A DNA stretch of 64,000 nt from Phoronis australis (GCA_002633005.1 NMRA01000287.1:194457-258456), one strand, 5' to 3'. Shown: positions 1 through 13,933, counted from the first letter of the stretch. The notes: generated by a model not told the origin, from the sequence alone. Program-made: numbers and translations.

Positions 1-390
1 ATTTTTGTTCTTTGACTGCGAATTTCTTACGAAGTCGCCGTAACAGGACACCGTGAATGGTATTGGGAGAAAGAACAATTCTTCATGGTTTGTTGAACCC
101 CTGTTTTGTGCAAATTTATTGAGTTTTATGTTTGCTATGGACGGCTGAAGTGAAGCACCCGTGGAATTTCAAGTCCGAAGTGTCATACCTTGTAGTATTA
201 TATGTAGTGTATTGGGGACGATCAGAAGCTGAGGACGCCTGTGAGGAAATTAACACAAGCAGCTAAGCAGAACATGTTATATTTAGCACTTGTTGATCTC
301 ATCTGCTAAAAACATTCGAGAATTGTCTCGGTAGGCCGATATTGAGTCGCCGGGTGACTGGATACGTGACAGTCTAACAGTTACTTTTCG
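1..390. mobile_element. Fragment of a foldback/MITE-like repeat family, truncated at the window start
   Basis: 1-240 matches the right arm of the inverted repeat at 14770-15010 (e.g. GTGTATTGGGGACGATCAGAAGCTGA.GACGCCT). 250-390 matches the reverse complement of about 15825-15990. Confidence 0.75.
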
Positions 391-734
391 GGAGATTCGG
401 GGGTGTAACGGAGCGGAAGTGTTAACTATCAGTGGGTCATTTTGACTTTAAAAACACCAATTAACAATTAATTTAACAATTCCTCTTAAAAAAACGCAAA
501 CATTTTGACGGTTTTAGAAACTAACAGAAATAAGTGCCAGTATTTATTTCTTGCCGATGCTATACGACCGTTTAATGAATAGAGAGTTCCTGAAGTCTAA
601 TCTTCGATGATGTAGCGCGCGCTTCCTGGCCATGTACTTTGAACAAAGGACAAGTTTTTATTAATCTTCGATTCACGGTTTTCACGTGTACAAAGAAACT
701 TGGATTCCTGTTGAGGGAGATCTGTAAGGGAAAG

Positions 735-771
735 ATACAATACAATACAATACCATACAATACAATACAAT
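735..771. repeat. (ATACA)n microsatellite
   Basis: ATACA pentamer run with one interruption. Confidence 0.85.
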
Positions 772-929
772 CCCGTTGACAAGTACCCTTGCATCTGTTC
801 TGAAAGGCCAGACCATAACAGGATAGGTCCCTCATAAGATCAGCAAAACTTACATGTTCTTTTTGGAGCACGGCAGAAATTTGAAGTGTATAGTCACAGC
901 TAAATACCAACAGCGGCGAGGCTCGTGGT

Positions 930-1137
930 CTACAAATTATGCGCACAATGATTTTTTCAGTACTGTTGGATCTTATTGATAAATTGAAGACGTTACTGTA
1001 GAATTTTAGAGATCTAGGTAAGGAATTTATCGCATGTACACGGCGTTCATGGACTGGGCGCTTATTTTAGCAGAGTCTGAAAATGCCTGAGGGGCACTTA
1101 TAGGGGCTAATGGGCACTTATTAGGGCGAAAACGGTA
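930..1137 (-). mobile_element. End of a non-autonomous TIR DNA transposon (Tc1/mariner Tc2/pogo-like terminus)
   Basis: The reverse complement begins TA-CCGTTTTCGCCCTAATAAGTGCCC with repeated ATAAG(C/T)GCCC subterminal motifs. It aligns by eye over about 200 bp to the copies at about 44480 and 44846. Confidence 0.65.
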
Positions 1138-3379
1138 TATTACAACTGATAGTGTTCCATTATTCTCACTTTAATCCTAATGAGAACACTGTGAATGATA
1201 ATGAAGATACAAACAATTAAGAATCAATGTGTTGTTTAGTAGATGATAAACCAACAAAAGCACAGCGAAGAAACAGCAGAGAGAAAATGATTGACTCGAG
1301 AATGACAAGTCATATCTGAAAACAAATCCACATGTAGTAGAACTTAACTGAATTTCCTAAAATCCTTTTACCGATGCTTTATTATCAGGAGATGTGACTT
1401 CTATTAACTAAGATTTTGAAAAATGGCATCGAAGTTCAACCCCGTGTCCGATTTAAAGAAAATGCAACTATTCTGGTAAGAAGTCAGATGCTGTGAGCAA
1501 ATAGCAAGTCAATCAAAGTTCGAACAAAAAATATGGCAATGTCATGTAATGATCAGAAAATCGATCACAGCGAGAAACAGGTGGGACACTATAGTTGTGA
1601 GTATCAGAATTTTTTTCAAAATCGATTAATTGGAAATCTCTGATTTGAGGCTCTATCCCGAATTCCTTTTGAGTGACATTATCCCAAACTGATAAAAAGT
1701 GGCAAGGCTGTTCACTACAAAACAATTGGATGTTCTGTTTCTCTACCAAACAATAGATGAAGGTACTGAACACTACCAGACAAATATATGAATGCGGCTG
1801 AGGCAACTTTGGGTGCTTATGTGACTTTTTAAATTTTTTTAGCTATTTCAAAAACCGTTAAACATGAGGACAACAAACATTGTACATCAACAGCCCTTTC
1901 CGATATAGTGGTGACGTGATATGTGCCTTGTCATTAGATGTTTGATAGACAGTGTTCTGCACTAAAATTGAAATGGATTTAATGTAGACAATTAGTTCCC
2001 AGGGATTTTTATATTTTTTGTGACCAATTCATGCTGTCAAATTGCACTGTTGTGATATTTAAATGATTCACCCAACAATGTCAAACAGCACCAAATGTCG
2101 ATGAATAAAAGAAGTAGGAACAGTAAGTCACTGTAATGGGGTAGTCCGCGAGATTCCATCATCTTGGTTCTTGGTCCTTTAACTTCTCCACAGGAAATTA
2201 CACTTAGTCAAAGTTAAAGTTGTAACCAGTTGATTTCAGATTTAGAAAACCAATGATTGAAATACCACAATCTGTATGATTCACAGATGCTGAGGAATGA
2301 GCTTCAGATTTCAAACTAAGTTATTTCTGTTAAATTTTGACTTCGGGATATTCGAAAAATGTGTTACTTGTAATTGAATACTTCATAGGTAAGCACCATA
2401 CTGTCTCCAAATTTGCTGATAAGGGGTGTGATGTAATCACTTTCCATCTTTGTCAACTCCAAATGGTCTTGTGCTGCTTCTCACAAGGCTAATGAATTGT
2501 ACCAACCATAGTTTGTTTTCTATATTAGTAAACCACATAACATTTCCACAAAAGGGGTCACTACCAACAGAGCATCAAGTGTTGGTATCAGACATCTGAT
2601 AGCACCACACAGTGAAGACCTTACACTGACTCCAGTTGTATCAACTGACACATGGTCTGTTTCAACTTCATTAGTGTAATGAACACATGTCCAGCAAGAA
2701 CATGCATCACCAGCCAACAGTAATTAAAATGTCATCACAAGACAGGACCGCTCTGCTGGCAGCTTCAACTCAAATGCCACTTGAAGGTGAATGGATGCAT
2801 GGCAACCATTATCTTGCATTTAAATGGCCCATAAGTTGAGTCAAACAAAATAACAGGCCTGAAATCCCATCTGTAAAAGTTTTAATTGTTGTAAATGTTA
2901 ATACCTGAATGAACTAACAAACTGGCAAAGAAATTTAGAACAATTTCATTAGTTATTAGCCGCTGATAAGGTCCAAAAAGTCCTATAGGCATTGCCTGGA
3001 TTAAGTTTTCCGCATTCAGCATTAGGTGGAGTATGTCCAGTTAAGTAATCCCCAGCACAACATACCAAATAAATTTGACAAAGGCTGGCCATTAGGTGGA
3101 TACATCACTTGAATATTTTTTCTCTCCAAGCTTATATTTCCAAGCACCAGCACAAAGCATTGTTTATGGTTAGATTAACGAAGATTGCTGATAAGTAGGG
3201 TAATTCATACTAATTGAAAATTGAATAGGCTGGTTGGGCCACTCAGCGTTTTCCAAGGTAGCGAAACCTTGTCGTCTTGGTAACCAGCACGGAGCAAGCT
3301 TCGTCAGAATTGATATGTACAGTGGAAACAAATGACCGTATGTACAGTATAATTGACTCAGTCCACTACAAGTTGTCAA

Positions 3380-3438
<59 letters not shown>
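3380..3438. repeat. Compound (GCAC)n(AC)n microsatellite
   Basis: Directly visible; explains the spurious ORFs at 3170-3576. Confidence 0.95.
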
Positions 3439-3442
<4 letters not shown>

Positions 3443-3792
3443 ATGCTGACACATGCGCAAATGTGCGCAAAGAAAATGCTTTCCATCTTAAAAAAGCACA
3501 TGAATCTAAACTTCCAATCAGTGAAAATAGTGATGATACTTTCGGGCCACCATTAGATTCTGTGTGTACCGAATGACACTCTATACATTTTTTTCATGTT
3601 CATGACAACATTTTCTAAAATTTCTAACTATATGCATGCATACACTTTGGTACAGTGAGCTCAGTGTGCCATTGGGACAAGTGGGTGCATTCATTAACAA
3701 CTACTTAAGTATCTGTGAAACACTCCAGCCTGACCTTGTTACCATCACCAACATTGAAGTGTGTCAAGCCAGAATGACCTTAATAAAAGACC

Positions 3793-4409
3793 TCAGGTAT
3801 CAAAAACATGTTTTGTCAACCATTAAATGTATATATTTTCTGAACATAGTAAGATCGTGGATTATAAAAAGTATTCTAAAAATTTTTCCTTTTTACTATT
3901 GTGACTTTATCATTATCGCGTGACGATGTTTTTAAGTCAAATTTGATGCACACGAAACTAAGGTACATTCATAGTAAAATAATCCTGCAGCTGATTTTAC
4001 TAAAACTTTTTAAATGGAAACCTTACGTAATGTCTCAAAAATGATACTGGGATTTGCTTTAAAATGCCGTACCGAGCAATAAATATGAATAAAACCTATC
4101 CACTGTTTTTTTTACAAAAATGCTTTCTGTTTTGGGAGTTAATTTGGTATAAAACCCGAATTATATGAATAATGAAAAATTCCCAACAGGGTTTTTGAGA
4201 CACAGCGTAAAATTTTCAATTAAAGTTTTAGTAATGTCGGATGCAGTGAATGTACCTTTCTTGGACATCAAAATTTGACCAAAAAAGACATCGCATCACA
4301 ATAATAAAGACACAGCAGTAAGAAGCAGGTTTTTAGAATTCTCAAACTTTTTCTTTTCAGAAAATATATACTTTTAATGGTTGAAAAAGCTTAGTTTTTG
4401 ATATTTGAC
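3793..4409. mobile_element. Palindromic (foldback) MITE-like element, about 600 bp
   Basis: The left arm TATCAAAAACATGTTTTGTCAACCATTAAATGTATATATTTTCTGAA pairs with the right arm TTCAGAAAATATATACTTTTAATGGTTGAAAAAGCTTAGTTTTTGATA. Complementarity continues inward (AAGGTACATTCA/TGAATGTACCTT; TGTCTCAAAAA/TTTTTGAGACA). Confidence 0.7.
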
Positions 4410-4785
4410 TTAGAGTTGAGGTTGTTAATTACAGTCCTAGATAACCTTATGCAGCTTTCGACTAGTGCTTAAGGTAGCTATTGTTACACATATGTTAATG
4501 ATATGTTCAGGACATGGAGGGTCAAAGTGGAGCAACACAGTGATGGATTAGGTTTTGGAGGTGCTATCAGCTGCTATATGTAAGGCGGTTGGAACATCTA
4601 AAACAAGTAATAGACTTTCAATTAAACTTAATATGTCACATGACATCAAAACAATATCCTCATAAATTATGCACAGAAATTTAGGTAGTACAACAGTCAC
4701 CAATGTCTGAAACTACTGTACTTACATGTATGCTATCTGGATCGCTCAATTTTCATTGTATTGGTATTGTTCCTCGGGATAACTG

Positions 4786-5024
4786 ATATTGACAAGGTGC
4801 CTGCAGGTACGTACCAAAAATTCCTGAGAGACCCCCTATTGCAAGTACTAGGTCTGATAATCCCCCCCTCATTTTGCGGGGATAGGATGGTGGCCAGTGC
4901 ACCTTTAGAGGGGATGAAAGGAAATTTAGGGCATATTCGATGTCGCGGGGGTTCCGCAAAACTTCCAGTAAAAGTACTACCTACCAGACATTTTTGGTAA
5001 CTCCTGTGGACACCTTGTCAACAT
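4786..5024. mobile_element. MITE, about 240 bp
   Basis: Terminal inverted repeats TTGACAAGGTGCCTGCAGG / CCTGTGGACACCTTGTCAA, plus inner TACCAAAAAT / ATTTTTGGTA. Confidence 0.65.
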
Positions 5025-5673
5025 GTGTGAAACCCCATGGGTAGAGTTAATGAAAATTCCAGTAACATTGTTCAAGCATTGTCTAACAAAATACTAAGTT
5101 GGGTAAATGTTTTTTGGATAAAGTGATTACATTAAATTTCAGATGGACTGAAAATCTATCAAGAAGTTCAACATTACTATATTAGTCCACGTAAAATATG
5201 TCCAACAAAACTATGGGATACAGTTTTCCAAAGATGAAAACATGCATTGTACTTAACACAACTTCCATGTATGTACCAAAGTGGTGGGCATGTTTCTAGC
5301 ACAACAGGACACAAGGGTTAACAGGTTTGACAATGAACTCCAGTCAAGATTAAATGACACATTCTCAGGTCACTCACCAACAGAGGAGTGGACACATTTT
5401 TATTGCCGACAAATAATCATTCTTCACTCTGCCATAACCCAAACATGCGAGACAGGCCGTGTTTCCCTCCTTCATTCACAAGAGAGGTGATGTGAAACAT
5501 TGATGCTCAACTGACCAAACCTAGCAAGCAGGACAAACTCGGAAATTCAGTTTGTCTGCTTCCACAGAACAAGCAACCATCAAAAACAAAACATACTCAC
5601 AAAAGTGACGTTTTATAAAAAACAACAAAAAAACATGGTACTAGGACAAACATAACAATTAAATAAGCATCAC

Positions 5674-5976
5674 CTGAGAAACAGACACCATTGTAGTTCT
5701 AGCATCGTCAGTTGTCGTGGTAACCTCAACTTTTTCCTCAACAGTCTCTTCCTCAGTTTTACTTTCAACAGCAGCGCCATCTTCAGTGTCCCCATTTTTC
5801 TCTTCGGTGGCTGGTTGCGGCTTCTTTTTTGGACTTGACGTGAAATCGATGGATTTGCCTTCAAAAGCGTCTGGCACATAACCAAACATTCCCCCCAATT
5901 GGCGCGGTTTTGGCGGAGGGCACGATTCGCCTGTCAGCACAGAGGCTGGGCCTGCATACGATTTCTTCTCAGCCAT
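5674..5976 (-). CDS. Probable first coding exon of an unidentified protein (Pro/Lys-rich, then acidic low-complexity N-terminus MAEKKSYAGPASV...)
   Basis: ATG in a good context (ATAACATGG) with an in-frame upstream stop and protein-like composition. Candidate acceptor TTTAGCAG upstream at about 6028 and candidate donor CAG|GTGATG after 5674. The ORF otherwise stops at 5659. No family recognised. Confidence 0.55.
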
Positions 5977-8900
5977 GTTATGAAGTGATCAACGAAGTGC
6001 AAAAGTTCTCAATAGCACCGTAAATGTCTGCTAAAGTATCAAACTACGACAGGGAACTATGAAAGAGTCTGTTAGCTGGACAGAATGCTAAATACTGGCG
6101 ACTAAGTTGAGTGCAAGCAGTCAGCTGTAGGCAAAATGGTGAACCAGAATAGAGCTGTCTGCACCAGCAGACAGTACACAGAAACACTAGAATATGATTC
6201 AACCATGGCTTACTTCCCTATGCTGACATGCACTGTTCTAATTAATACAGGTGACGGGGCCTTCCTACATGATGCAGAGAACAAGACAAAAATTGATTGG
6301 AAATCCTCTGGAGTGTTGAGATCATCTCATTAGAGAGATGTCTTTGTTTGCAAGCTGACAGGGACTCTGTGCACAACACTGCACAATGCTGTTAATGATA
6401 ATTTAAAACTCCCTTTGTGTTGTGCACAATACATGCAGACAACAAAGATCTTACTTGGGCAGGTATTAGTAGAATCACAGCAAATACCTCCACCCACAGT
6501 AAGACAATGCAATACAAACAAGCCGCACTGGAATTGTAACTTTTGGATTAAACTGTTATTTTTAAGCATAGTCAACCTTTGTCTGAACTTTCTCACTTTA
6601 TCAAATTACTTTTGCATGCTCCCATTGCAAACCTACAATATACTGAATCTTTCACCTATAACTGATCCTGGATGCTTCACAACTAAGCACAGTTGCATAT
6701 AATCACATGATCACCATTTTTTGTGCAAACTGCATTTTTTCACTTTCAACAGAAGCTTCTCAAAAAACATGGCCTGCGAGGGGCTTAGAGTTTAAACTCT
6801 CACCGGCAATATGCAAGTAACCCAGCTTTCTGATTGACATTGATACAACCAAGGTATCAGTCATCAAAGTCTCTCTTTAAAACAATATCCTAAGTCTCCA
6901 CTTTTGATGTTCGACATCTCCACTGTTCAATAGAAAATAAATATTGAGACATTGTTCTCTCAGTCATCATAAAAGGAGTGTGCATTCAATTTTGTGCGAA
7001 TCTATTTAACTAAAGAGAAAACAATGATCAAAACTGCTACAAGTCTCAAAACTTAAAGGCATGAAAATGGCCTACAAAACTTAGTCATGTAATAGAAATA
7101 AATTGAAGTCACCGACCTCGAATGACTGACATATTGGGAGAATAGTGTTCATTGAAAGAAATGTTACGGGCACCAATCAAAAGATTTCTGTGTACATGCT
7201 TCAAACAACAAAATGCTGATAATGATACTATAGGCACGTGAGTCATACTAATAAATCTCTGTTTTTTTAGAATTAGTGAGATGGAAGGAATGAGTCAGAA
7301 CGTTCTCAGACAGAAACTGATCAATAAAATCAGCATGATGTCATATTTATTGATTGTGCTCTGCTGCTGGCTAAAAAATGCAGAAAGCAAGATTTTTGTC
7401 CAAAAAGTTATGCATACAGCTACAGGGTCAAACATGGTGCTCACTCACAGTATTTTCTCATTTTCCATGGGTTTTCTTAGGTTTTCAAGATTTAATTTCC
7501 ATTTTCCTACTAAAAGCCAACACATGTGGAAATTTTGCTAATGATTACAGCCTGGAGCATAATTGACTGCATGAACATGTGACATGACTTATAAAATGAT
7601 GGTCATTTACTAATATCTTATAAATATTTCCTGTACCCCACATGACCTGTCTTTCCCTTTCCAGGTTTTGAGCAATGAAAAGGAACCATATATTTGTCTT
7701 TAAAGTTGAAATGTAGTGTGTGAGGTAGCCAGAAGGCATAGAACCAACTTGGGTTGAACTCTCCTAGTTGTGGAGGTACGGCAATACATTGTACGACAGA
7801 TCTACTTTTGAAAATGTCTTGTGTCATGAACGTTGCGATACAAAATAATCATTTAGGCACTGGCAGTGCCAAGATGGGTATGCCAGGGCCCGCAGATGTC
7901 CTTTATAGTGAAAAAGCTCTTTCCTCTCAGTCATTTCATTCCAAAGTCCCCCCTCTCCCCTGGTTGCCATTCAATTCAGCTCCCTCCACCTAGCAACAAT
8001 TTGCACCTATCAACAATTGGCCCATCCAGGATGAATACCTTTGGCTATAGTAGTGAATACAAGTTTGTCTACATAGCAATGGTAAATTATATAATAATTA
8101 GGATATGTGGAAGTGACTAATACAATTGCATCTGAAGAAACAGAAAGTCCCATACACATGTTGCATTGTGGGTAAATACATTAGAAAGAGAGTGGTGATG
8201 TGCTATTTGAGAACAAGCTTATTGATTCCAGTTATTGCATTAACTAACAGCTTACTGAGATTCTCCAAATTCATTCCCAGAGGTATCAAGATTTTTATGG
8301 TGGTGCTGAATGTGGCTTTAAAAATTGATCAACTTGTTGCAGAACTAGAATGCTAGCATTCTGGCCTGAGTGCCACTAGTTAGTCACAGTGTCGTCAGTT
8401 TGAGTAGAGGACGGCAAGCAAAACAGAAACAGCAGTGAAAGACCGGACCAAGGTTCACTAGGTTTTCCTCAGGATACTTAGGGACTAAGTAATGTTACAC
8501 TGCGGAGGAGTTGGAACATATTGACAGCTACCTGTCTTCTCTGTGCGCTCTCAAGTTGTACTTCATTACCATTAGATCTAATCATCACTACCATTATACC
8601 CATTATCACTATAATAACAATAATTACCATCAACATTATAACATAACTAGCCAACCATTTAAATTAAACCTTAATTCCTAGCACCACAACTCCCAACCTG
8701 GTTGCCAGCAGTTTCGCTTTTCGAACCCTAAATTTGTTGTCAACCCCAACCCCCCTGCCCACAATGTTTTGACAATGACAACATTAGTGGTATGAATCAG
8801 GGGGTGTGCCAGCAAATCAAAAGATAAAGAACTTTTTTGTTATACAGTCATGACAAAGATTGGGGTTATCAGAAAGGTGTTTAACAGCAAGATTTTAAAA

Positions 8901-9582
8901 ACATCCAGATTTGTTAGGTATTCACAAATTGAAGAATTTCTAAAATGATGGGCCGCGTGTCTGTCCCCTCTTCTCAAACCAGCAGTTTTGGCAAGTCTCA
9001 TGGTTACCATTCCAACAGGGAATGCCCTTTCTCATCAACACGGTCTTGGGTGGCTTGACAGCATAATGCAGGAACAGTTTTTTTTTTCACTCTTATCTGT
9101 GAAAAACATCCTTAGGACCAGTAGTGACTGTAAGTCTGTTATAGTTACCATGTAAAGAGGGATGCCCTTAAGGGGGGCTTTTGACATAATAAGAATATTT
9201 TGTGTTATTGACAGATAAAATTTAAATGTTAGTCGAAATACCCCAAGATGTAAATAGGATGCAGTAACCATGTGACTACCATGTGACTACCATCTGATGT
9301 TCAGCTGCAACTGGAAGTACAAGGTTTAGTTTTAGATTTAATCAAGTTACACTCATCTTACTCAATTCATCCCTCATCAGCTGCCGATGATTATTGGCAG
9401 ACAGGAACCATTACCTTAAATGGTAACAACTTATGGACATGGGAAAATGATATTCTTAATTCTGATTTAGCAAAGCAAAGTATATAACAGCTTATTATTT
9501 AAAATGACTTATTCTTATTAAAATGACATAAGCAAAAAATTGAATTTCGGACCTCAAAAGCGAGGCCCCCTATATTAATATA

Positions 9583-10202
9583 NNNNNNNNNNNNNNNNNN
9601 NNNNNNNNNNNNNNNNNNNNNNNNNNNNNNNNNNNNNNNNNNNNNNNNNNNNNNNNNNNNNNNNNNNNNNNNNNNNNNNNNNNNNNNNNNNNNNNNNNNN
9701 NNNNNNNNNNNNNNNNNNNNNNNNNNNNNNNNNNNNNNNNNNNNNNNNNNNNNNNNNNNNNNNNNNNNNNNNNNNNNNNNNNNNNNNNNNNNNNNNNNNN
9801 NNNNNNNNNNNNNNNNNNNNNNNNNNNNNNNNNNNNNNNNNNNNNNNNNNNNNNNNNNNNNNNNNNNNNNNNNNNNNNNNNNNNNNNNNNNNNNNNNNNN
9901 NNNNNNNNNNNNNNNNNNNNNNNNNNNNNNNNNNNNNNNNNNNNNNNNNNNNNNNNNNNNNNNNNNNNNNNNNNNNNNNNNNNNNNNNNNNNNNNNNNNN
10001 NNNNNNNNNNNNNNNNNNNNNNNNNNNNNNNNNNNNNNNNNNNNNNNNNNNNNNNNNNNNNNNNNNNNNNNNNNNNNNNNNNNNNNNNNNNNNNNNNNNN
10101 NNNNNNNNNNNNNNNNNNNNNNNNNNNNNNNNNNNNNNNNNNNNNNNNNNNNNNNNNNNNNNNNNNNNNNNNNNNNNNNNNNNNNNNNNNNNNNNNNNNN
10201 NN
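9583..10202. other. Assembly gap (N run)
   Basis: Run of N. Smaller gaps at 26442-26500 and 28922-28936, and a single N at 44786. Confidence 1.
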
Positions 10203-11288
10203 ACTGTAACAGTATAGCACACTGTGTAGAACTGAACAGGAGAAAACAGGTCAGCAAGGCAGAATTCGGAAACCAAACAAAATTTGTTTATGTTATATTA
10301 TCTTTGCTAAATTTTAGTATTTTTGATAGAGTAACATTGTCTTGACATGAAACTGCAGAAACGACCAATCTGAAAGCTTTTGTAAGTTGGCTAAGTATTT
10401 AGTATTTCTCAGTGATTGATTATTCTAAAAGTTCTAATGTTTAAGTTGCATTTTCTGTAACAAAAACAGTTTTTAGAGATTAAACTGTGACACGTATTGA
10501 GCAATAGAGGGAGCTGTAAACAACAACCAATCACTGACTGAGAAACACATTCCCAGCAGTACTATGAATATTACTGGGTTCCATTTAAGTGGTTAATCAA
10601 GTCCGTGAAATATGGATGAAACGGCTGTACACTTGCCACATCAGGTACGATTCTTTGGTTGCAAAAGGGATCTTTATTCAATATCTTACATTCCTGGTAA
10701 ATGTGGTTGACTGTAGGTACCGGTATATCTACTACGGGTACCAGAGTTACAACACCGATGTTAAGACTTCTAGTTGAAACATAACTGGTAATATCACTAA
10801 ACTCAACAAGTACAGTACATATGATCAAGACTAAACAATCGATCTGCTAATGGCTTCATCAAACTTCCGTTTTGCGGGTCTAGAATTTATCCAAACACTT
10901 TTACAAAAAACAATCTGTTACCAAGACATCGTCTAAGAAAAATATCACTGAAAATATATTTTGTCGTGAACAACACAACAACAGGAATAAATGAAAGGTG
11001 TCACTTCTTCAACAATACAAAAACTTTTCATTTTATTGATATAATACTCTTTGTAAACTATTAAAATATTGCAACATTCCATTTTAGCAAAAATAAACAA
11101 TTTAGGGGTACAAAATAAAATTCAAATAATTTAGTGAATGTTCATCGACATTCATTTTTGGCTGCCGTCTACCTCAAACAACTTTGTGCTTCCACACTGT
11201 TTAAAAGAAGTTACAATAGGGGGCGCTGGAGGAAATATTCCAGCCCTCAAAAAATAAAAATATAATCCAAAACTGAGCTCTTCATTTT

Positions 11289-11442
11289 CTTACTATTTGT
11301 CTTAACTCCTGCTTGTTCTTACTATTTGTCTTAACTCCTGCTTGATCTTACTATTTGTCTTAACTCCTGCTTGTTCTAACTATTTGTCTTAACTCATGCT
11401 TGTTCTTACTATTTGTCTTAACTCCTGCTTGATCTTACTATT
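11289..11442. repeat. 29-bp minisatellite, about 5 copies
   Basis: Unit CTTACTATTTGTCTTAACTCCTGCTTG(T/A)T. Confidence 0.9.
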
Positions 11443-13614
11443 TTATTACAGTATCACCACTCTTGAGAGACTTTTTAGTGAAATCGCTTGAAAACATAAT
11501 TTATCACTCATTCAATATTGGTAAATAAACGTGGTTTTATGTTCTACCAAAATTTTAGGTTGTGATGTGATTTCTTAAAGCTTATTTCACTACAGTTTTT
11601 ATTTGATGTCCCAGCAGTGTTTAAATGTGCCTCAGTGTTAGAATGCCCGACAATACTTGCACAATGTACATGAATGCTAAATTTCAAACATTTTGTCATT
11701 TTTCACCAAATGCCCAGGCAAATTAAGCCAACATCCACAATAACTTTTAAATGAAGAACACTTTACTTTTGAAAATTACATCTATGAATAAGGTGGAAGA
11801 GCTGGGAATTTTGCCAGGTTGCATTTGACATGGTGACGCTATGCTAAGCGTTAGGCCCCGTAATGTTATGACCTATTTTGATCAGCTGACCTAAATAATT
11901 CATGACACACTGAAAAGTATGTAACTGCAGTGGTGTCCGTGTCTTTCTCAATGCTTCATTGTTCATCAAAAATCACTGAAGAAAAATGTTATGATTCAGT
12001 TATAAATTTTACAATTCACCTCTGAAACATACCACCACTGACCACGTGAAAGATCATAGTTAATACTCCATTAGAGCAACAAAATGACATAGAATTCCTC
12101 GTCTGCAATATGAAAAATTTTCAAGATTAGTATAAAAGGTCAACAGGTATGCTAATCAGCTAAAACTTTGTTAAAAAGCAACTGTCAAATTAGGTGTCCA
12201 ATCACAGGTGGCGCTTGATCAAGTGGGCTTTGTTAACAACGATTTCTACTGATTCAATGACCAACAGTGAAGTAGTCAATGGCTTGTCCATTTAGTTAAC
12301 AATGCCACCTTGTCAATGCAGGCCAACTCGGTAATGTTGACTAGTCTCTCAGATAGCCAGCCAGCTTGCTATATGAAGACTATCGTCAAATTACAGCTAG
12401 GTACCATTGTGTGTTGAGCTCCAACAGACCTCAAATTTGCACAAAGCCAGGTAGTTCTGCTCGTCCCCACATCGTGACACTACCTGTATCAATATGTAGA
12501 GCTAAAGATCAGCGGGGGTACATGCATAATCTAGGAGTCCACCGACACTCACCTAGCCCGTTATAACCGTTTAAGTGAAAAACAATCTAGTAAACGTCAT
12601 TTTCTTCTGTAATTTGTCACCTTTTGTAACAATTAAAGAAAAGCATGTCATCATTTTGAAAACAGAACACTCGTGACATGCGTCATTTCCTAAACTTTAG
12701 CAACATCTCTGGCGAGTGAAGAGTGAGCTTTATTCTGAAATTCAGTTTGCTGGTATCAAAATTCTAAACACTGTTAAGTGACTTATAATGAAGTGAAACC
12801 AGTTCGTAATAATGTCTACACAACCTTGTCAAAGAAGAACGGTTGATTGAACAGTGGGCGAAAGAACAAATATGCCAATATGTGACGCAGTATTTTGTGG
12901 CGCTGAAATGCGACGCAAAGATCACACCACAAGTTTAGCAGTGGAAAAACAGTAGAACGCAATGTTTTCCAACACCAGTAAATAAACTTTACTTAAAGAA
13001 GATTGCAGTTTTTAATGACACTAATTTTGCATTAAATTTTATTGGGTCAGCTTTTTACCCACATCCTCAGCACAAAGCAGTGTACTAGTATACAACTTTG
13101 CACCAAGGCTACCAGGACCAGAGTACGTCACATACACAAAAATGCCACCAGCACTATAAAAACGATCAGTTGCCGATTTCGGCACCTGAACGAAGGCTTG
13201 TTCGAAAAAAGTATGGAGGACGTATCATCCGGGGAGGCCTGATTGTCCACCGTGTGTAGTTTGTAGGCTTACTTGTACTACGGCACTACGCACTACGGCC
13301 AGTCGAGATCGTTGAACGGTTGGTGAGTAATATAGTCTGTACTATGTGCTAAACCAGACCAACTAACAGCAAACTAGCAGTTGTTGAGCTCCAGTCCACC
13401 ATTTGTTCGGTTTATTGTTTTGACTTTTCTTAACGCGACGACGGTGATCGACACCAGTTGGACTCTAAGTTAGAGTCTAACTTGGACATGGTCCATCCAA
13501 GTACCAAATTTTACGTCTACACAGTCACGTTACAAACGATTACAACGCGTATACCTTTTCAAACGTTGAAGCGCTTTAATGTAAATGTGAATTACATATA
13601 AATACATCGCTTAC

Positions 13615-13720
13615 CATTGTAAAAATGTGGTGATGCCTTGATACTAAAGGAATAGCTGTTGCGCGAGGAGTTGAGACATTGAAAAAATAATAGGAACAAT
13701 ACTACAATAGTTTTCGTCCG
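13615..13720 (-). other. Candidate first exon of a gene divergent from RPL15
   Basis: Strong minus-strand donor ACAATG|GTAAGC ending at 13615, in a CpG-enriched region about 290 bp from the RPL15 TOP start. The 5' boundary is approximate. Confidence 0.45.
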
Positions 13721-13896
13721 ACCCGCTTCTACGGTTGACCTTTGACCTAACCACTACAAAACGATTATTCTTCAGAAGTTATTTTTTAGTTATTCGTGTA
13801 TCTCTAATTTTTTTGATTAATATATATTACCGAGATACTGTTAATTTTGATTATGATTGTTGACGAGAGTTTTTCGATTTGCAGCATACTTCAGGA

Positions 13897-13933
13897 CTTC
13901 CTTTTCTTCCTGTCGTCCATATTTATCAGCCGG
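13897..13933 (+). promoter_or_regulatory. RPL15: RPL15 TCT/5'TOP start site and non-coding exon 1
   Basis: Polypyrimidine initiator CTTCCTTTTCTTCC (likely +1 C at about 13901), YY1-like CCATATT and donor CGG|GTTAGT at 13934. This is typical ribosomal-protein gene architecture. Linkage to the 17748 exon is inferred. Confidence 0.6.

Noticed and set aside
2520-2717. Short minus-strand ORFs with nearby donor-like sites (also 10571-10828) as further exons of the unknown gene
   Set aside because: No recognisable homology and no consistent acceptor/donor/phase set could be established.
9499-10276. Three long ORFs (216-252 aa)
   Set aside because: They only span the N gap.
1-13700. NKIRAS-like gene expected from vertebrate RPL15 synteny
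   Set aside because: No Ras-family GTPase motifs were seen in the ORF track or by eye; small exons or the N gap could still hide some.
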